A DNA stretch of 64,000 bases from contig MU053881.1 in the NCBI GenBank assembly GCA_013239625.1, positions 2,604,001 to 2,668,000 on the forward strand, given 5' to 3'. The position numbers and the translations under genes were made by a program. The notes beneath the pieces are model-generated. The model ran no database searches. It was not told the origin of the DNA and saw nothing but the letters and a program-made list of their open reading frames with translations. Shown one piece after another: positions 46,748 through 58,900 of this stretch (the first letter of the stretch is position 1; every line of letters begins with the position of its first letter). The stretch is from Lama guanicoe (taxonomy: Eukaryota).

Positions 46748-46827
46748 CTGCAAGGAGGCATGGTCAGCGGCCAGACCCTTTCCCCACAAGTCATCTCCAC
46801 CCAGAGCCCTCTGGGTGCCCCGCACAC

Positions 46828-46974
46828 CTGGGGTGCGTCCTCAGCCACAGAGGCCGAGTAAAACTCCTTGACAAACTGAGGGTCCAGGTCCGGCTGGTCG
46901 ATTACAGAGATGGACACGAAGACGGGCGAGGAGCACTGGGTGACGAGGCTATTGTTGTACCAGCCGCCCGAGTC
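46828..46974 (-). CDS. CDHR2: CDHR2 exon 9
   Basis: DSGGWYNNSLVTQCSSPVFVSISVIDQPDLDPQFVKEFYSASVAEDAPQ; 147 nt. Confidence 0.95.
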
Positions 46975-47048
46975 CTGCGGGGGGACGCGTCTCCGTGAGC
47001 CTGGGCTCGGGTCCCGGTGCCCCCGCCCCGGCCGGCGCCCCCACTCAC

Positions 47049-47174
47049 ACAGGCCTGCAGCTCCAGCTGGTAGAAGGCGCTCTTCTTGTTGTAGCTCAGG
47101 CTGCCATTGAGGACGATGGAGCCGTTGGACAGGATCCGGAAGAGATGCTCGTTGCCGTCCGTGCTAGGGGTGAC
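47049..47174 (-). CDS. CDHR2: CDHR2 exon 8
   Basis: VTPSTDGNEHLFRILSNGSIVLNGSLSYNKKSAFYQLELQAC; 126 nt. Confidence 0.95.
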
Positions 47175-47812
47175 CTGAGGCGGAGCACAGTCGGCCAGGT
47201 TCCCCCGGGATGGCCCTGCCCCCAGGACCTGCTCTGAGGGACCTGGGGTCGAGTCCCGACTTTGCCCTTGACCTCACCAGCTCACACAACCTCTCTGAGC
47301 CTCGACTTCCACCTCTGGGAAATGGGCTCAGATATTGCCTCAGTGGTTTGAAAGGATGGTCAAGGGAGCTGAGGCAGGGGCCAGGCACGTCGTGGGCACT
47401 CAGCGACACGGGCTGTGGCCAGCAAGTGTGTCTTCATGAGAATTAAGGTCACACCCCTCACTGTCTGCGTGCCCTTGGTCAAGACCCTGGACCTCCCTGA
47501 GCCTTGATTTCCTCTTCTGTGAAGCCAGGAGTGCCTCAGCCACCACATGGGGTGACATCAACCCGGCAAGAGCCAGACAGTGCCCCAGGCAAGAGGGTGG
47601 GAAAAAGGGTCCAGTCCGCAGCATGCACCCTCCTTAGGCAGCTGGGCCAAGTGAGGTCCAGAGGGGGCCAGGGGAAGGTGTGGGGACCAGGGCTGGGCCA
47701 CCGCTGAGCCCCTGGTCCTCAAGGTCCCTGCGGGTTGTGTGGGAGATGCTGCCCCCTGGTGGCCATGAGGAGCGGTGGACCCCCGCTCCCACGTGGACAC
47801 ACACACACTTAC

Positions 47813-47902
47813 CTTCTCTATGGAGTACACCACGGCTCCAGCAGACCCTGTGTCTTTGTCCGTGGCAAGAACGGAAAACACCACGGAGCCAACCGGCAGG
47901 GT
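47813..47902 (-). CDS. CDHR2: CDHR2 exon 7
   Basis: TLPVGSVVFSVLATDKDTGSAGAVVYSIEK; 90 nt. Confidence 0.95.
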
Positions 47903-48539
47903 CTGTAATGAGGGCCTTGTCACCTATAAGCTCCAACCCATCTCCTAAATGCCACATCACGCCCCTCCCCAGAGCTACAGCGTCCCCAACTGTACCATGA
48001 AGATAATGACAGATCTTCCAGAACCTGAAACCCAGTGCTCCACACACGTTTCCCTTCCCTTCCCACCTGGGCTGGGCCACTGCAGGCACCTGGATGGAGG
48101 CAGGGATAGAGGGCCCCCCTCCTCCTCTCCTCACGTAGCCCCTCCGCCTCCTGAGCTGGCTTCTGATTTGCTAAGCCCCAGCATGAGTGGTCATTCCAGA
48201 ACCCAGGAGGTGCCACGCCCCTGCTTAAACATCCTTGTGGGTCCTCTATAGCCTCCAGCAGCAGGTTCCACACAGCACCCTGCAGAGCTGGAAGGTTCTT
48301 TTGGGGGGCCTTTGCCTCCAGGACCTGTCCACACCCTCACTATTTCCACAAGATGGCCAAAGAGATCTTTGAGGTTGTTGAACCAGACCACATCACTCTC
48401 ATGCTCAAAACCAGCCAGTTTTGCCCAAAACCATTCTGCCCAGAATACGGTCCAGACTGCCTCCATGGCCCTCCAAGGTCAGGCCTCTCCACTGCACACC
48501 TCTCTGACCTTAGTCCTCCTCCCCCTCCACCCTCCATCC

Positions 48540-48890
48540 ACACCAACTTCCTGGCTATACCTAGAGCACTCCAGGCCGATTCCCACCTCAGAGCCTTTGC
48601 AGCTGCCATTCCCTGCCTGGAATACCTGGAACACACTACCCAGGCTTCTCACCATTTAGTTCTGCTCAGATGTCACCTACCCAGAGGAGTCTTTCCTGAC
48701 TGGCTCAACCTAAAGCAGCCCCCCTCCCCAATCATGTTTTATGCTCTTCATAGAACTCAACACCATCTAAAATAATCCTATTTGTTTAATGCTTTGTCGA
48801 TTCAGCTGCTGAGGGTGGCGACCAAGACTGTCTTCATTGGATATCCTCAGCACCAAGGACAGCGCCGGACACACAGTAGGTACTCGGTCA
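48540..48890 (+). mobile_element. L2 3' relic
   Basis: cacctcagagcctttgcagctgcc...cctggaata...cacagtaggtactc. Confidence 0.65.
48846..48866 (+). promoter_or_regulatory. REST/NRSF RE1 element inside an L2 3' end
   Basis: CTCAGCACCAAGGACAGCGCC, 19/21 to consensus, both half-sites intact. Confidence 0.7.
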
Positions 48891-49670
48891 GAGCCTGTCC
48901 AACAGCTGTCTGGACCTCAGCAGCCTAGTGGAGGGCCCCACAACTTGCATGTCTTCGAAGCCACGTGGTAATGAAAATTCAGGAGTGGTGTTGTGTCTGC
49001 TGCTCGGGGACCACTGGGGAACCTCCTTCCTGCCCATACAGTTCAAGTGGGACTGCCCCTTTCAGAAGGGAAGGTCCATGATGCAGCCTTAGAAGAACTG
49101 GAGCATTCCACACCCCTCAACTGATGGGCACATGACCCAAAATGGGCCAAAGAGAGTCAGCCCTGGAGGTTTGGCTGGAACCACTGAGAAAGAGACAGTC
49201 TGTGTTGCATTTGCAAAGCTGGTAGGATGTGAGCCTGGAGCTGCTGGGGGACACTTCCACCCCTACAAGGGAGACCTGCTTCCCTCACTCCAGGATGGAG
49301 GCAACAAGAGAAGCACAGCTGAGAGGTGGAGAGAAATCTCTTCTTGATGACATGGCTTGAGTACCTGGATCCAGCCGTGCCTGAATACCGCTAATTTTTC
49401 AGCTATATGAGAAAATCAATTCCTCTCCCTCACCCCCCATCTATAACGTAAAGAATCCCAACCCAGCCTGATGGGTTGCAGAATGTTGCTGTAACTACTG
49501 TGCATGGGTTACACGTAGCCTGCCCTGAATCTGGTTCCTGTAGTTGCCTCTTCTAGGAGGTCCTCTGTCCAATCCTGGATCCCCTGCTGGCTGTCTCTAG
49601 TCCTTCCCACTCTGAGCAGATTTCTGGGATGCCTGTAGCCTACTCATACACCCGTTAAGGCAGATGTTAC

Positions 49671-49760
49671 CTCGCTGATGCTGGTGGAGAAGCCAGTGTT
49701 CTGGAAAACGGGCGCGTTGTCATTCCTGTCCTCCAAGATCACCTGCATTTCCTTCTGCAC
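49671..49760 (-). CDS. CDHR2: CDHR2 exon 6
   Basis: VQKEMQVILEDRNDNAPVFQNTGFSTSISE; 90 nt. Confidence 0.95.
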
Positions 49761-50260
49761 CTGCGAGCGAGAAAGCCCAGGTGAGCCGAGAAAATGTGGG
49801 CACTTGAGAAAGCAAAGTGAGAAGTGTCTGGAGGGGCGAGCAAGCTGGTGTAGCTTCTCCGGTGAACAATCAGGCAATGTCAGGGGTAACTTTTTATTTG
49901 ATACCATTTCAAAGGCCAGGAAAGTTGCAAGTATTGTACAAAGGACTTCCGATACACTTCATGTGGATTTACTCCTTATTTAGTTTTTCTCTCTCCTCAC
50001 GTCTGAACCATTGGAGTCTACACCATTGGAGAGTACACGGTGAAGATCATTAGGTCATTTTAAAAAATCTAAAATGTGTCTGTCTTATTACAAGAATGTT
50101 CCTTTTAGCTTTGTTAGCCACAGTGTAAAGCTGTGAGCAACTTCAGTGTTGAGGAGACCAGCTAAGCACGGTGGTTCACCCCCACACTGGGCTACAGACC
50201 TATAGGAAACAGGAAAGAGGGACTCATGGACAGACACAGAAAGGGCTCCAAAGCTGATTG

Positions 50261-50377
50261 GTGATTAGGTTTATTTGTTTGTTTGTTTTTTAGTGGAGGT
50301 ACTGGGGATTGAATCTGGGACCTGGTGCATGCTAGGCATGCACTCCACCACTGAGCTATACCCTCTCCCACCCCACG
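50261..50377 (-). mobile_element. tRNA-Ala-derived SINE
   Basis: Antisense copy; TSD AAGCTGATTG at 50251-50260 and 50378-50387. Confidence 0.85.
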
Positions 50378-50604
50378 AAGCTGATTGTTAAGTGGACAAG
50401 GCAGTTCAAGACCATATGTGCAGAAGGATCCCATGTGGGTTTAAGAAAACACACCAAAAACTACGATCTTTCTTCGTGGATGCATATATGTATGTGAATG
50501 CTTAGCGAGGATAGAAAAGAACACAGTGATGGTGGAAACCTCACGTGGGAGTGGGCTGGGAAGGATTCCCCCAAGGGGATTTGAATTTTATCTGCAGTTT
50601 AAAA

Positions 50605-50732
50605 AAATTTTTTTTGTGAGGGAAGGCAATTAATTTCGTTTATTTTTATTTATTTACGGAGGTGCTGGGGACTGAATCCAAGACCTCGTGTATGCGAAGC
50701 ACAAACTCTACCACTGAGATACACCCTCCCCA
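50605..50732 (-). mobile_element. tRNA-Ala-derived SINE
   Basis: Antisense copy; TSD ATCTGCAGTT on both sides. Confidence 0.82.
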
Positions 50733-51296
50733 CATCTGCAGTTGTTAAAATATTTACAGAGAGAAAGTATTTATGAATATCCAAGTCATTAAAACAATCT
50801 TTTCTTTAATGGATGGGGTTCGGGGAATAGGTTATAAAGACAAAAACCCAACTTTCACAGACATGAGACACAGCTATAAAAGCATGTTATTGAAAGGTAC
50901 GAACACTGAGACCAACCTACTCAGTCAAAGGGGTTGAAAGTGATGATCTCCGTGGAGAGAGGGTAGGGAGGTATTTGGCACTTGTTTTTTTATTAATGTG
51001 TGTGTTAGTATAAATTAATAATGAAATTAATGATATACAATAGATATACAAAATAGATACACAAAAGGTAAACAATATATTTAATTACATAAATTAATGA
51101 TAAATATTAAAATCTTGTAAGATTGTATGACCCTAAAATAGACAAGTATAATTTTGATAAAAATTGATATTCAGTTTGTTTTTGTTCACTGGGGCTCACT
51201 CTGCTCATCTGAGACGGGGGACAGGGTGAGAACTGGGCCCTCAGTCCCCTGGTCTCCGATCCCTGGGCCACCCTCCCCTCCCCACTTCTGACTCAC

Positions 51297-51350
51297 TGGG
51301 TTGTTGTGACCGTCGCTCACAGAGATGGTGATGGCGAACAAGTACAGCGT
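51297..51350 (-). CDS. CDHR2: CDHR2 exon 5
   Basis: TLYLFAITISVSDGHNNP; 54 nt. Confidence 0.9.
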
Positions 51351-51458
51351 CTGCAGTGGGCAGAGAGAAAGAGACCAGGGTGAGCCCTGCTCGGGGCCCA
51401 AGGGCTCTCCCCATCTCCTCGCCCCATCACCAAGACTCCCCAGGTTGCTTCACTTTAC

Positions 51459-51598
51459 CTCATAGTCCAGAAGGCTGGCCAGCTTCACTTCCCCAGTTTC
51501 CGGGGTGACACTAAAGAAGTAGGCATAGGAACCACTAATCCCATAGGTCAGAGGGTCATTGTCCCTGTCCTGAGCTGCCAACCAGAAGGCCTCAGCAC
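51459..51598 (-). CDS. CDHR2: CDHR2 exon 4
   Basis: AEAFWLAAQDRDNDPLTYG...ASLLDYE; 140 nt. Confidence 0.95.
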
Positions 51599-51802
51599 CT
51601 GGAGACGGGACAGGGAATGCCCAGGGTCCATGGCCACCTAATTCAATACTGACCTGGCCGAGCTGCCCACGAGGCCCACAAGAACATTTAATTTCCTTTA
51701 AAATCAGAAAGGTCAAGACCTGGGGACAATCTCAATGCCCATCAGAGGATGAATGGATAAAGAAGTGTTTGTTTTATATATGTATATATATAAATGACAC
51801 AT

Positions 51803-52196
51803 ATGTATGGTGTAAGGGAGTGTTCTAGCTTCATTGATTTACATGCTGCTGTCCAGTTTTCCCAGCACCATTAAAAAAATGACATAAATGAACTTATTAA
51901 CAAAGCAGAAACAGACTCACAGACATAGAAAACAGATTTATGGTTACCAGAGAGGGAAGGGGGTGGAGGGATAAACTTGGGAGTTCAAGACTTGCACATA
52001 CTAACTACTATGTATAAAATAGATAAACAACAAGTTTCTACTGTACAGCACAGGGACCAATATTCAATATCTTGCAGTAACCCATAATGAAAGAGGGTAT
52101 GAAAAGGAGTATGTATGTATATACATGGCTGAAACATTATGCTTACACCAGAAATTAACACAACATTGTAAACTGACTATACTTCAATTTAAAAAA
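51803..52196 (+). mobile_element. 5'-inverted, truncated L1
   Basis: 51803-51870 is antisense ORF2 ([22 protein letters not shown]) joined to a sense L1 3' UTR ending in an A tail. Confidence 0.75.
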
Positions 52197-53689
52197 TGTA
52201 CGCTTTTAATATATTTTTCTGGAGGAAGGGGCGCATAAAAGCAAAAGTGCCAGAACAGTGCAGCACAATGCAGTTGGGGTCGGGGGGGAGGCAGCACCCA
52301 GCCTGAGGGTCTGGGAGAACCAGCCCCCATGTCTTGCCCACAACAGCCCTTCAGGGACAGTCTTGGCGGCACACCTGAAGTCTGCTCTTCTTTGCTCAAG
52401 CAGTCCTGGCTCCTCCAGAAACTCCTTAGAAGCTTGATCTCTCCCCACCCACGCCCCCTCCTCCAGGAAGACCATCAGGCTAAAACAATGTCAGTGTCTA
52501 CATTACGTTTCCTTGGTTGTGAGACACATTGTCAATTTAATGACTGCTGGGGTGGAGTCATTCTGTGTTAAGTGACTATCTCAGTTATAAGACACATCCT
52601 GATTCAGAAATATCAAAACACAAAACAGCCTTCATACCCAAGGAAATGTGGGAGGGGAGTGGGTGTGTGTTAATCCTTCTCTGTACACATTTGTCCATGG
52701 TCATAGAAAGGTGGGTCAGGGAAGAAAGGCTTTTTCAAAAGTCTGTCTAAAAAAAAATTAAATGTAACAAACAAATCAATAAGCACTCTAGAAATAAAAG
52801 ACATATTTTAGGTCTCTATTACTAAACTTGAATTTAATATTTAAAACGCAGTGTATTTTTTAAAAGTCTGCCTTACAATACTAAACTACTGTACAGTGTT
52901 AGTGTCAGGAGAACAGGTCCTATGCAGGGGAGAAAGGATGGGGAGTGGCTAGAAGGGGAGGAAGGGGATGGGGTGCTGGCAAGGTCCTCTTTCCTGGCAG
53001 TTACATGTGCTTTCCTGAGCATATACTATACTTCAAAATAAAATGTCTAAATAACATTTTTTAAAACCTGACTGAAAATGCTTTCACACACCAAGAGAGA
53101 CATAAAAGTCATCTCAGGAAGGCGGAAATAACTCTGTGGTTTGAGAAAGTCCAGAGAGGGGCCCTGTGATAATGAAAGAGAAGACCCTCATTTGGTCTGG
53201 CTGAGGTGAGACATGAAATTAAAGGATTATCCATGAGAATGGAGATCTTGAGGGCATTTGGGTTACATATATTTGTGACTTTAGTCTGGAGGTGTGTGTG
53301 TGTATGTGTTAGTCCTTCAACAAACAGATGTGAAAATATATGTAAAATATCATTAACATGTATACACTACTTCTCTGTTGTACAAAGGACATTCATAGAT
53401 ATCAAATAGTTTGACTTCAGCTCAGTCTTCCAGGAAGAATTAAGCCATCTCAGGATATAATGAGACTATCCCCTCCCTCATTCTGGGCTTTAAACCTTTA
53501 TTAATATAATCCTTAACAGACTTTGCTGTCCTGGCAACCACCTCCAAATGGATGTGGCTTTAGTGGCTGCAAAACCTGTCGCCCATCCTTTCTTCATGTA
53601 CCAAGACTAAGGCCAACTCTGGAGTTCACCTTCTTTGATGCAGTCTCTTGCTTCATCTGCAGCTTTAGATACCTGGGGTCCCAATTCTG

Positions 53690-54300
53690 ACACTGCAACA
53701 AAGACTGTAATTGTCTCCCAATATTCACAATCCCCTTTCTCTCAGACTAATAGAAACCTAGATTTTGAGTTAGGCACACGGCCAACTAATATAAAGACCT
53801 CATTTCTTGGGGGAAAGGTATAGCTCCGTGGTAGAGCACATGCTTAGCAAGCATGATGTCCTGGGTTCAACCCCCAGCACATCCACTGAAAAAAACAAAA
53901 CTCATTTCTCAAGTTCCCTTACAGCTAGGGCACGCAGCTAAGTTTTGGCCAGTGAGATGTGAACAGAAATAACGTGTGTAAAGTCTGGAATCCTGTTATG
54001 AGAAGGGGACAAGCCTTCTTGGCCCCTTCCTCCTCACACCTCTCCCTGGAATAGGGTATGGCATGAGCCATCTTGGACCATATGATGAGGGCCATGCCCT
54101 CGGGGAGGCAGAGCCTGGACATAGATGGAGGGTCCTGACACCAGAAGCATGGAGCGAGGAATAGCCTGATGGAACAGAGCCTCCAACAGCCCTGGACTCG
54201 CTGCTCTAGACGGCTGTGTGAGAATAATAAACCTTGACCTTGTTTACACCTCTGTAACTTGGGGTCTGTTTTGCACGGCTCACCCCATATCCCAATGAAT
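53690..54300 (+). mobile_element. MaLR (MLT1-like) LTR
   Basis: ctaagttttggccagtgagatgt, gccatcttggacca, aataaacc...ttggggtctgttt motifs. Confidence 0.6.
53808..53900 (+). mobile_element. tRNA-Ala-derived SINE inserted in a MaLR LTR
   Basis: A/B boxes; TSD CTCATTTCT. Confidence 0.82.
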
Positions 54301-54678
54301 ACAGTCATCTATCTATCCTTTCTGCTTCTTCATCCCCTATCCTGCCTGCTGGGAATTTGGCATCCAGTCCCTACAGCTTCATCTGAAATGATGTTTCCTG
54401 AACGTCATTCAGTCCTGTACATTACCACGGTCTGTGCCACATCCATGTCTTGTCACTTATGACTCTTCTTGTAACTGAATTCCTATTTCATGTCAATACA
54501 TTTATTTTAAAAGCAAACTTTAGATTGCTACTGTAGCGGGAAAACCCATCCTACCTGCCAGTGATAGAAGGTAATAATGCTCCGAAGACAAGAAACACAA
54601 GGCAAAGGCAGTGCCTTCTGGTGAGATGTGTTTGTGTGTGAAAGGCTCTGAGCCTAAAGTCTGCACTCGCTCGCTCAC

Positions 54679-54730
54679 TCTCTGTCTCTCTCTGTCTCTC
54701 TGTCTCTGTCTCTGTCTCTGTCTCTGTCTC
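54679..54730. repeat. (TCTCTG)n microsatellite
   Basis: Seen directly. Confidence 0.9.
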
Positions 54731-55109
54731 CCCCCCCCCATCCTTGCTAGTTTGGGAAAATAAAATAGCAGAGGCTGGAGAGAGATTAGCAAGTGAGAGA
54801 GACAGAAGAGAGACAATGGTAGCAAGGGCACACTCTCTCCTCGGGGAAATCAGACAGACTGAAAGAGATGGAAAAGGGGAGGAATGTTCTCCTGGCGTGA
54901 GTTTTAACTATTTGATGCCATGTGAGAGCCCTTGACCCAAAAGCTGAAAAGGAGAAAGCAAACTTCTGGAACAAACTCCCTTTAGGCCGCCTTTGCCCCG
55001 TGACGAGCCATGGAGCTGCAGGGCTGGGAAGCAAGCCCACCTGGGAGCCCCCGGGACCCTCCTGTGGGTGAGGGCTCGGCACGGTCTCGGCACAGGGACG
55101 GTTACTCAC

Positions 55110-55181
55110 CCACCAGTAGGTCCTCGGGCAGGTTCACTATGGACATGTTGGACAGGAAGGTCGGGGCCACGTTGGCTGCCA
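55110..55181 (-). CDS. CDHR2: CDHR2 exon 3
   Basis: AANVAPTFLSNMSIVNLPEDLLV; 72 nt. Confidence 0.93.
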
Positions 55182-55461
55182 CTGTAAGGATTGGAGCGCT
55201 GAAACATCTGGACACCCCTGTAAAGACTGACCCCCCCCCACTTGTCCCCATGGGAGTCTGTATCCCGTCTCACTGGTCGACCTGCAGCCCAGCTCACCTG
55301 CCTGGGCCTGGATTCCTCCCTAGGCCTCCCTGGGACAGCCAGGCATGGGGCTAGGCCAGAGGAGCAGGGTGTTTCCTGATGAAGTAGCAACCTCCCTCCT
55401 GGAGGGCTCTGCCCAGGGTCCCCAGGTTAGTGCTACCCTGTGGGGGAGGGGAGGTACCCAC

Positions 55462-55513
55462 CAGACACGGCGAGGGCAGGAAGCAAGAGGCAGGACAGCC
55501 GCGGCCACGCCAT
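55462..55513 (-). CDS. CDHR2: CDHR2 exon 2 (first coding, signal peptide; acceptor at 55528)
   Basis: MAWPRLSCLLLPALAVS; gtgATGG start; donor G|GTGGGT; 52 coding nt. Confidence 0.92.
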
Positions 55514-55757
55514 CACGTCCGGAGGGACCTGAGGGAAGAGGCGTCAGGGAAGGGGCGGCGGTGCCCAGGCCTCCCTCCGCTGGGCCTGGGAGAGACTGCC
55601 CCTTCCGCGGCTAGCCATTTCCTAGACAGAACAAACGACCTGCCTGCAAACCCTCCTTTCATATGTAGACCAACCAATTCAAAGCCTAAATGTCCATCAA
55701 CAGATAAATAGTAAAGAAGAAGTAGTTACACCAGGAAAACAGGCAAACATATCAAAC

Positions 55758-55990
55758 TGACACCAAGCAGGACCTTGTGAGCGCCTTCCCGGTGCAAATC
55801 TTTCCGTGTTCCCTGGTTCTTGTTTGTAGGAAACAACAGGTGACAGGCTTCATTCAGCCTCCTTGGCCTTCCCTGAGCTCCAAAGGGCAGGTTCAAACAG
55901 TTGCCAATCAGAGAAGGGAGGGGAGGCAGAGACAAGGGAGGAACAATGGAGAAACAATAGTGCAGCCTTGAGGCAGGATCCTGGTCACCA
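55758..55990 (-). mobile_element. ERV1-type LTR 3' fragment
   Basis: Minus strand ends ...aggtcctgcttggtgtCA; internal aactgtttgaacctgccctttggagctcaggg. Confidence 0.55.
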
Positions 55991-58900
55991 AGACTGTCGC
56001 CCTCAGGATCAGGAGTGAATGAGAACAGAAGGTGCCAGCTCAGTGCCCGGCACACAGTAGCTGCTCAGCAAATGCAGATCCCTTCCTTCCGCATCGCATC
56101 TCGTGGGGCTGTCTTCCCCTTAGGACCGCTACTTCCAGTGCAGTTACCATGGAAACTGCTCCCGTCTCTCCCATGCGCCCATCATCCTGCCCAGGCTCTG
56201 TGAGGGAGCGTAGAGGTCACGAACAGGGTGGGGCTGTGTGTGGAGGGCGCCAGGGACTGTATTTCATTACCTGTAGTGGGACTCTAGCCAGTGCCCACGG
56301 GGAAGTGGCTGTGACAACTGTGGCTCCCCAAGATCCCCAAAGATGATAGCTGGGAACAGCTCACATGTTGGATAGCAGGGCTGCGCTGAGCTCGGGTGGG
56401 AAATGTGAACGGCCTCGGCTTCTTGGGAAGAACTAATAAGTCCTCAGGCCTCCCATGTGTGTTGAGCCATAGTCCTCGGTGAGACAAAGACTCGGCTTGG
56501 GGACGACGATGCTGTGGGAGGTGCTGGCGTGATGGCGTTAGGGTGAAGAGTAGGGAGTGACTGAGGCAGTCCTGAAGCTGGTTGTGCAGGTGGATTTGAG
56601 ACAGGGCCAGCAGTTGTGTTAGGGGTAGGGGTGGCAGAGGGGATGGAAGAGCTGATGGTGGCAGTGATGAGGTGGGGATGGACGCAACGGTAACGTTTGT
56701 GTGGTGAGGGTGGGGATGCAGACGGAGCTGGTGGTGGTGATGGTTGTGGGGTGATGGGAATGGTGGTGGCCTGACAGCAGAGATGCAGATGGAGCTGGGC
56801 ATTGGTGATGACCTCAGGCTGCTGGCATCCACTGTGTGAGCAAAAGCCCGGACACTTAACACTGGCCAGATGCAGGTAATCCTGGCACCCCTTTGGGGTG
56901 TGCTCTTGGACCTACCCTCTCACTTCTTTTGCTCTCTTGCTCCTTTAGAGGTGAATCAGCGGCCATAAGACAATTAGTCACTAAGGGCTCAGCCGCAGGT
57001 ATGCTAGGTGCGCTCCTTGCCAATCAAAGTGCAGTTGGGAAGACGGGAGATGCCTGCCCTTGGATCCAGTCCTGAGGGGAAGGGAGCTGGCAAGGGGGAG
57101 CGCTCGCTGTGGTGGAACTTTGCACCCATTACAATGGCGTCCTTAGCACGCCCTGGTCCCGGAGGGGAAGGGCTGTGACCCAGTTAGTAATCAGAGCCCA
57201 GAGCAGGACGTCTGTGCTCTCTCCTTCCAGGCTTCGTTTTCCTCTTCGGCCAGACTCTGCCCACAGGCCGTGCAGAGCCTCGGGGGTCCAGGTGGAGGCA
57301 GAACGGCCTCCGCCTCCAGGCCGCCTTCCCACACCTAGCTCTACTCAGTCCTCATTGAAGTTTCTTCTGACTCCCCCCTCCCTCCTGCCTTGCGTCTCAG
57401 ACAATCCTGCCTCCTCCTTGTCACAGAGACCTTCATAAACACAGGCTCATTTGATCATAATGAGGCCAAAGTTCTACAGTTCGGAGCGTCATCCCCTGGA
57501 TTTGGTCACCTGAGAAAAACGCACAGAGCCCGTGTGAGCTCAGGATGGTACAGGCTGAACCTGCCCCATCAGTGAGCCTTCCCCCGGGCACTGGGCACAG
57601 CCACTCCCCAGCTCAAACCTCCATCATGGCTCCCACTGACCGCAGAACACACTTCCCATGCCTCCCTCCTCCTGACAAGCTAGGGCCTCACAGGGGCTGG
57701 GTCTCTTCCCACACAAGCTGCTCTCCCCTTCCTGTGGCCCAGAGACATTGAATTGACCTCTTCTCAGTACACACCAGGTTTTCCTGCCTCCATACATTTG
57801 CATATGCCCTCCCCTCTGCCCAGAACACCTCCCCTAGTCTTCTGCATTTGTGCAAATTCTCTATCCTCCAAAGTGAGGTCAGGTATGGAGCCAAGTTCAG
57901 GTGTTGGTGGCCCCTCCTCTGGCCCTGAAGCTCCTGGTAACCCAGCCAGGGCAGGGGGCACAGCAAGCACCAGTGACCAAGAAGTGAATGGAGTCACCCA
58001 TGGGCTGGACAGGGCAGGAGACCAGCAGGACCTATGCAAGCCCTCTCCGCAGGCCTGTGCTAGGCAGCCCTAGCCCCAGCCCCGGGAGTGAAGAAGGCGC
58101 TCCTTTCTCTGGGCCCGGTCACAGCACAGCTGACCCTGCAGCTCCTCCTTCCTCCTTCCTCCTTCCTCCTAACTGCCTCTCAGTTTGCCTTCTGAAAAAG
58201 GGGACTGTCTACATTCTGGAAGTTACTGCTTCTTTTCTCCCAAACCCCCTCCCCCACGCTCCCGCTACCCCTTCCATTCCCCTACTCTCAAAACGAGCTT
58301 GGGGAAAGGTAGGAAAGGGTGCGGGGGTGAATTACAGTGGCTCTGGCCCCCACCTCCTGAGACACGCAGGCACCACCACCGCCACCTCCAACTGACCACA
58401 ACCTTCACTTCCGCTTTCTCCTTTACTTCTCAGCATTGTTTCCCAGCTATAGGAATGATCATTCCAGAGGCCAGGTAAGGAAACTGAGGCCCAGAGAAGC
58501 TCAGAGAGGGATGCCCCAGAGGAAGGGGCAAAGCATTAGACCCAGACTGGCTCCTAAACCAGGAGCCCCTGGGACAGCCTTGGTCTGGGCTCCACTCGAC
58601 TCCAGTGGAGGGGATGCAGCCCCTCCTGTCCCAGCCCCAGGCTGTTTCCCTGGCAGACAGATCTGGAATCAAATGGCCCTTGGTTCAGACTGCAGCATTT
58701 CACTTACTTGCTGTGCCACCCCAGGCAAGCCCTTATCCTCTCTGGGCCTCAGTTTCCCTGCTGGGAAACAGGGTGCCAGTGAGAACCAGCGTCCACATAC
58801 TGTTCACGGCTTGTTTCCAACAGTTGGGTCTCAGTGGTGCCCGGACCCCTGCTTTGTGCCTGGTGCCCTAACCCAGCAGTCCCTCCCTCGGGGAAGTGGC

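Noticed and set aside
46731..46751. RE1 left half-site TTCAGCACC in exon 10 (another near 31575)
   Set aside because: No right half-site at a suitable spacing
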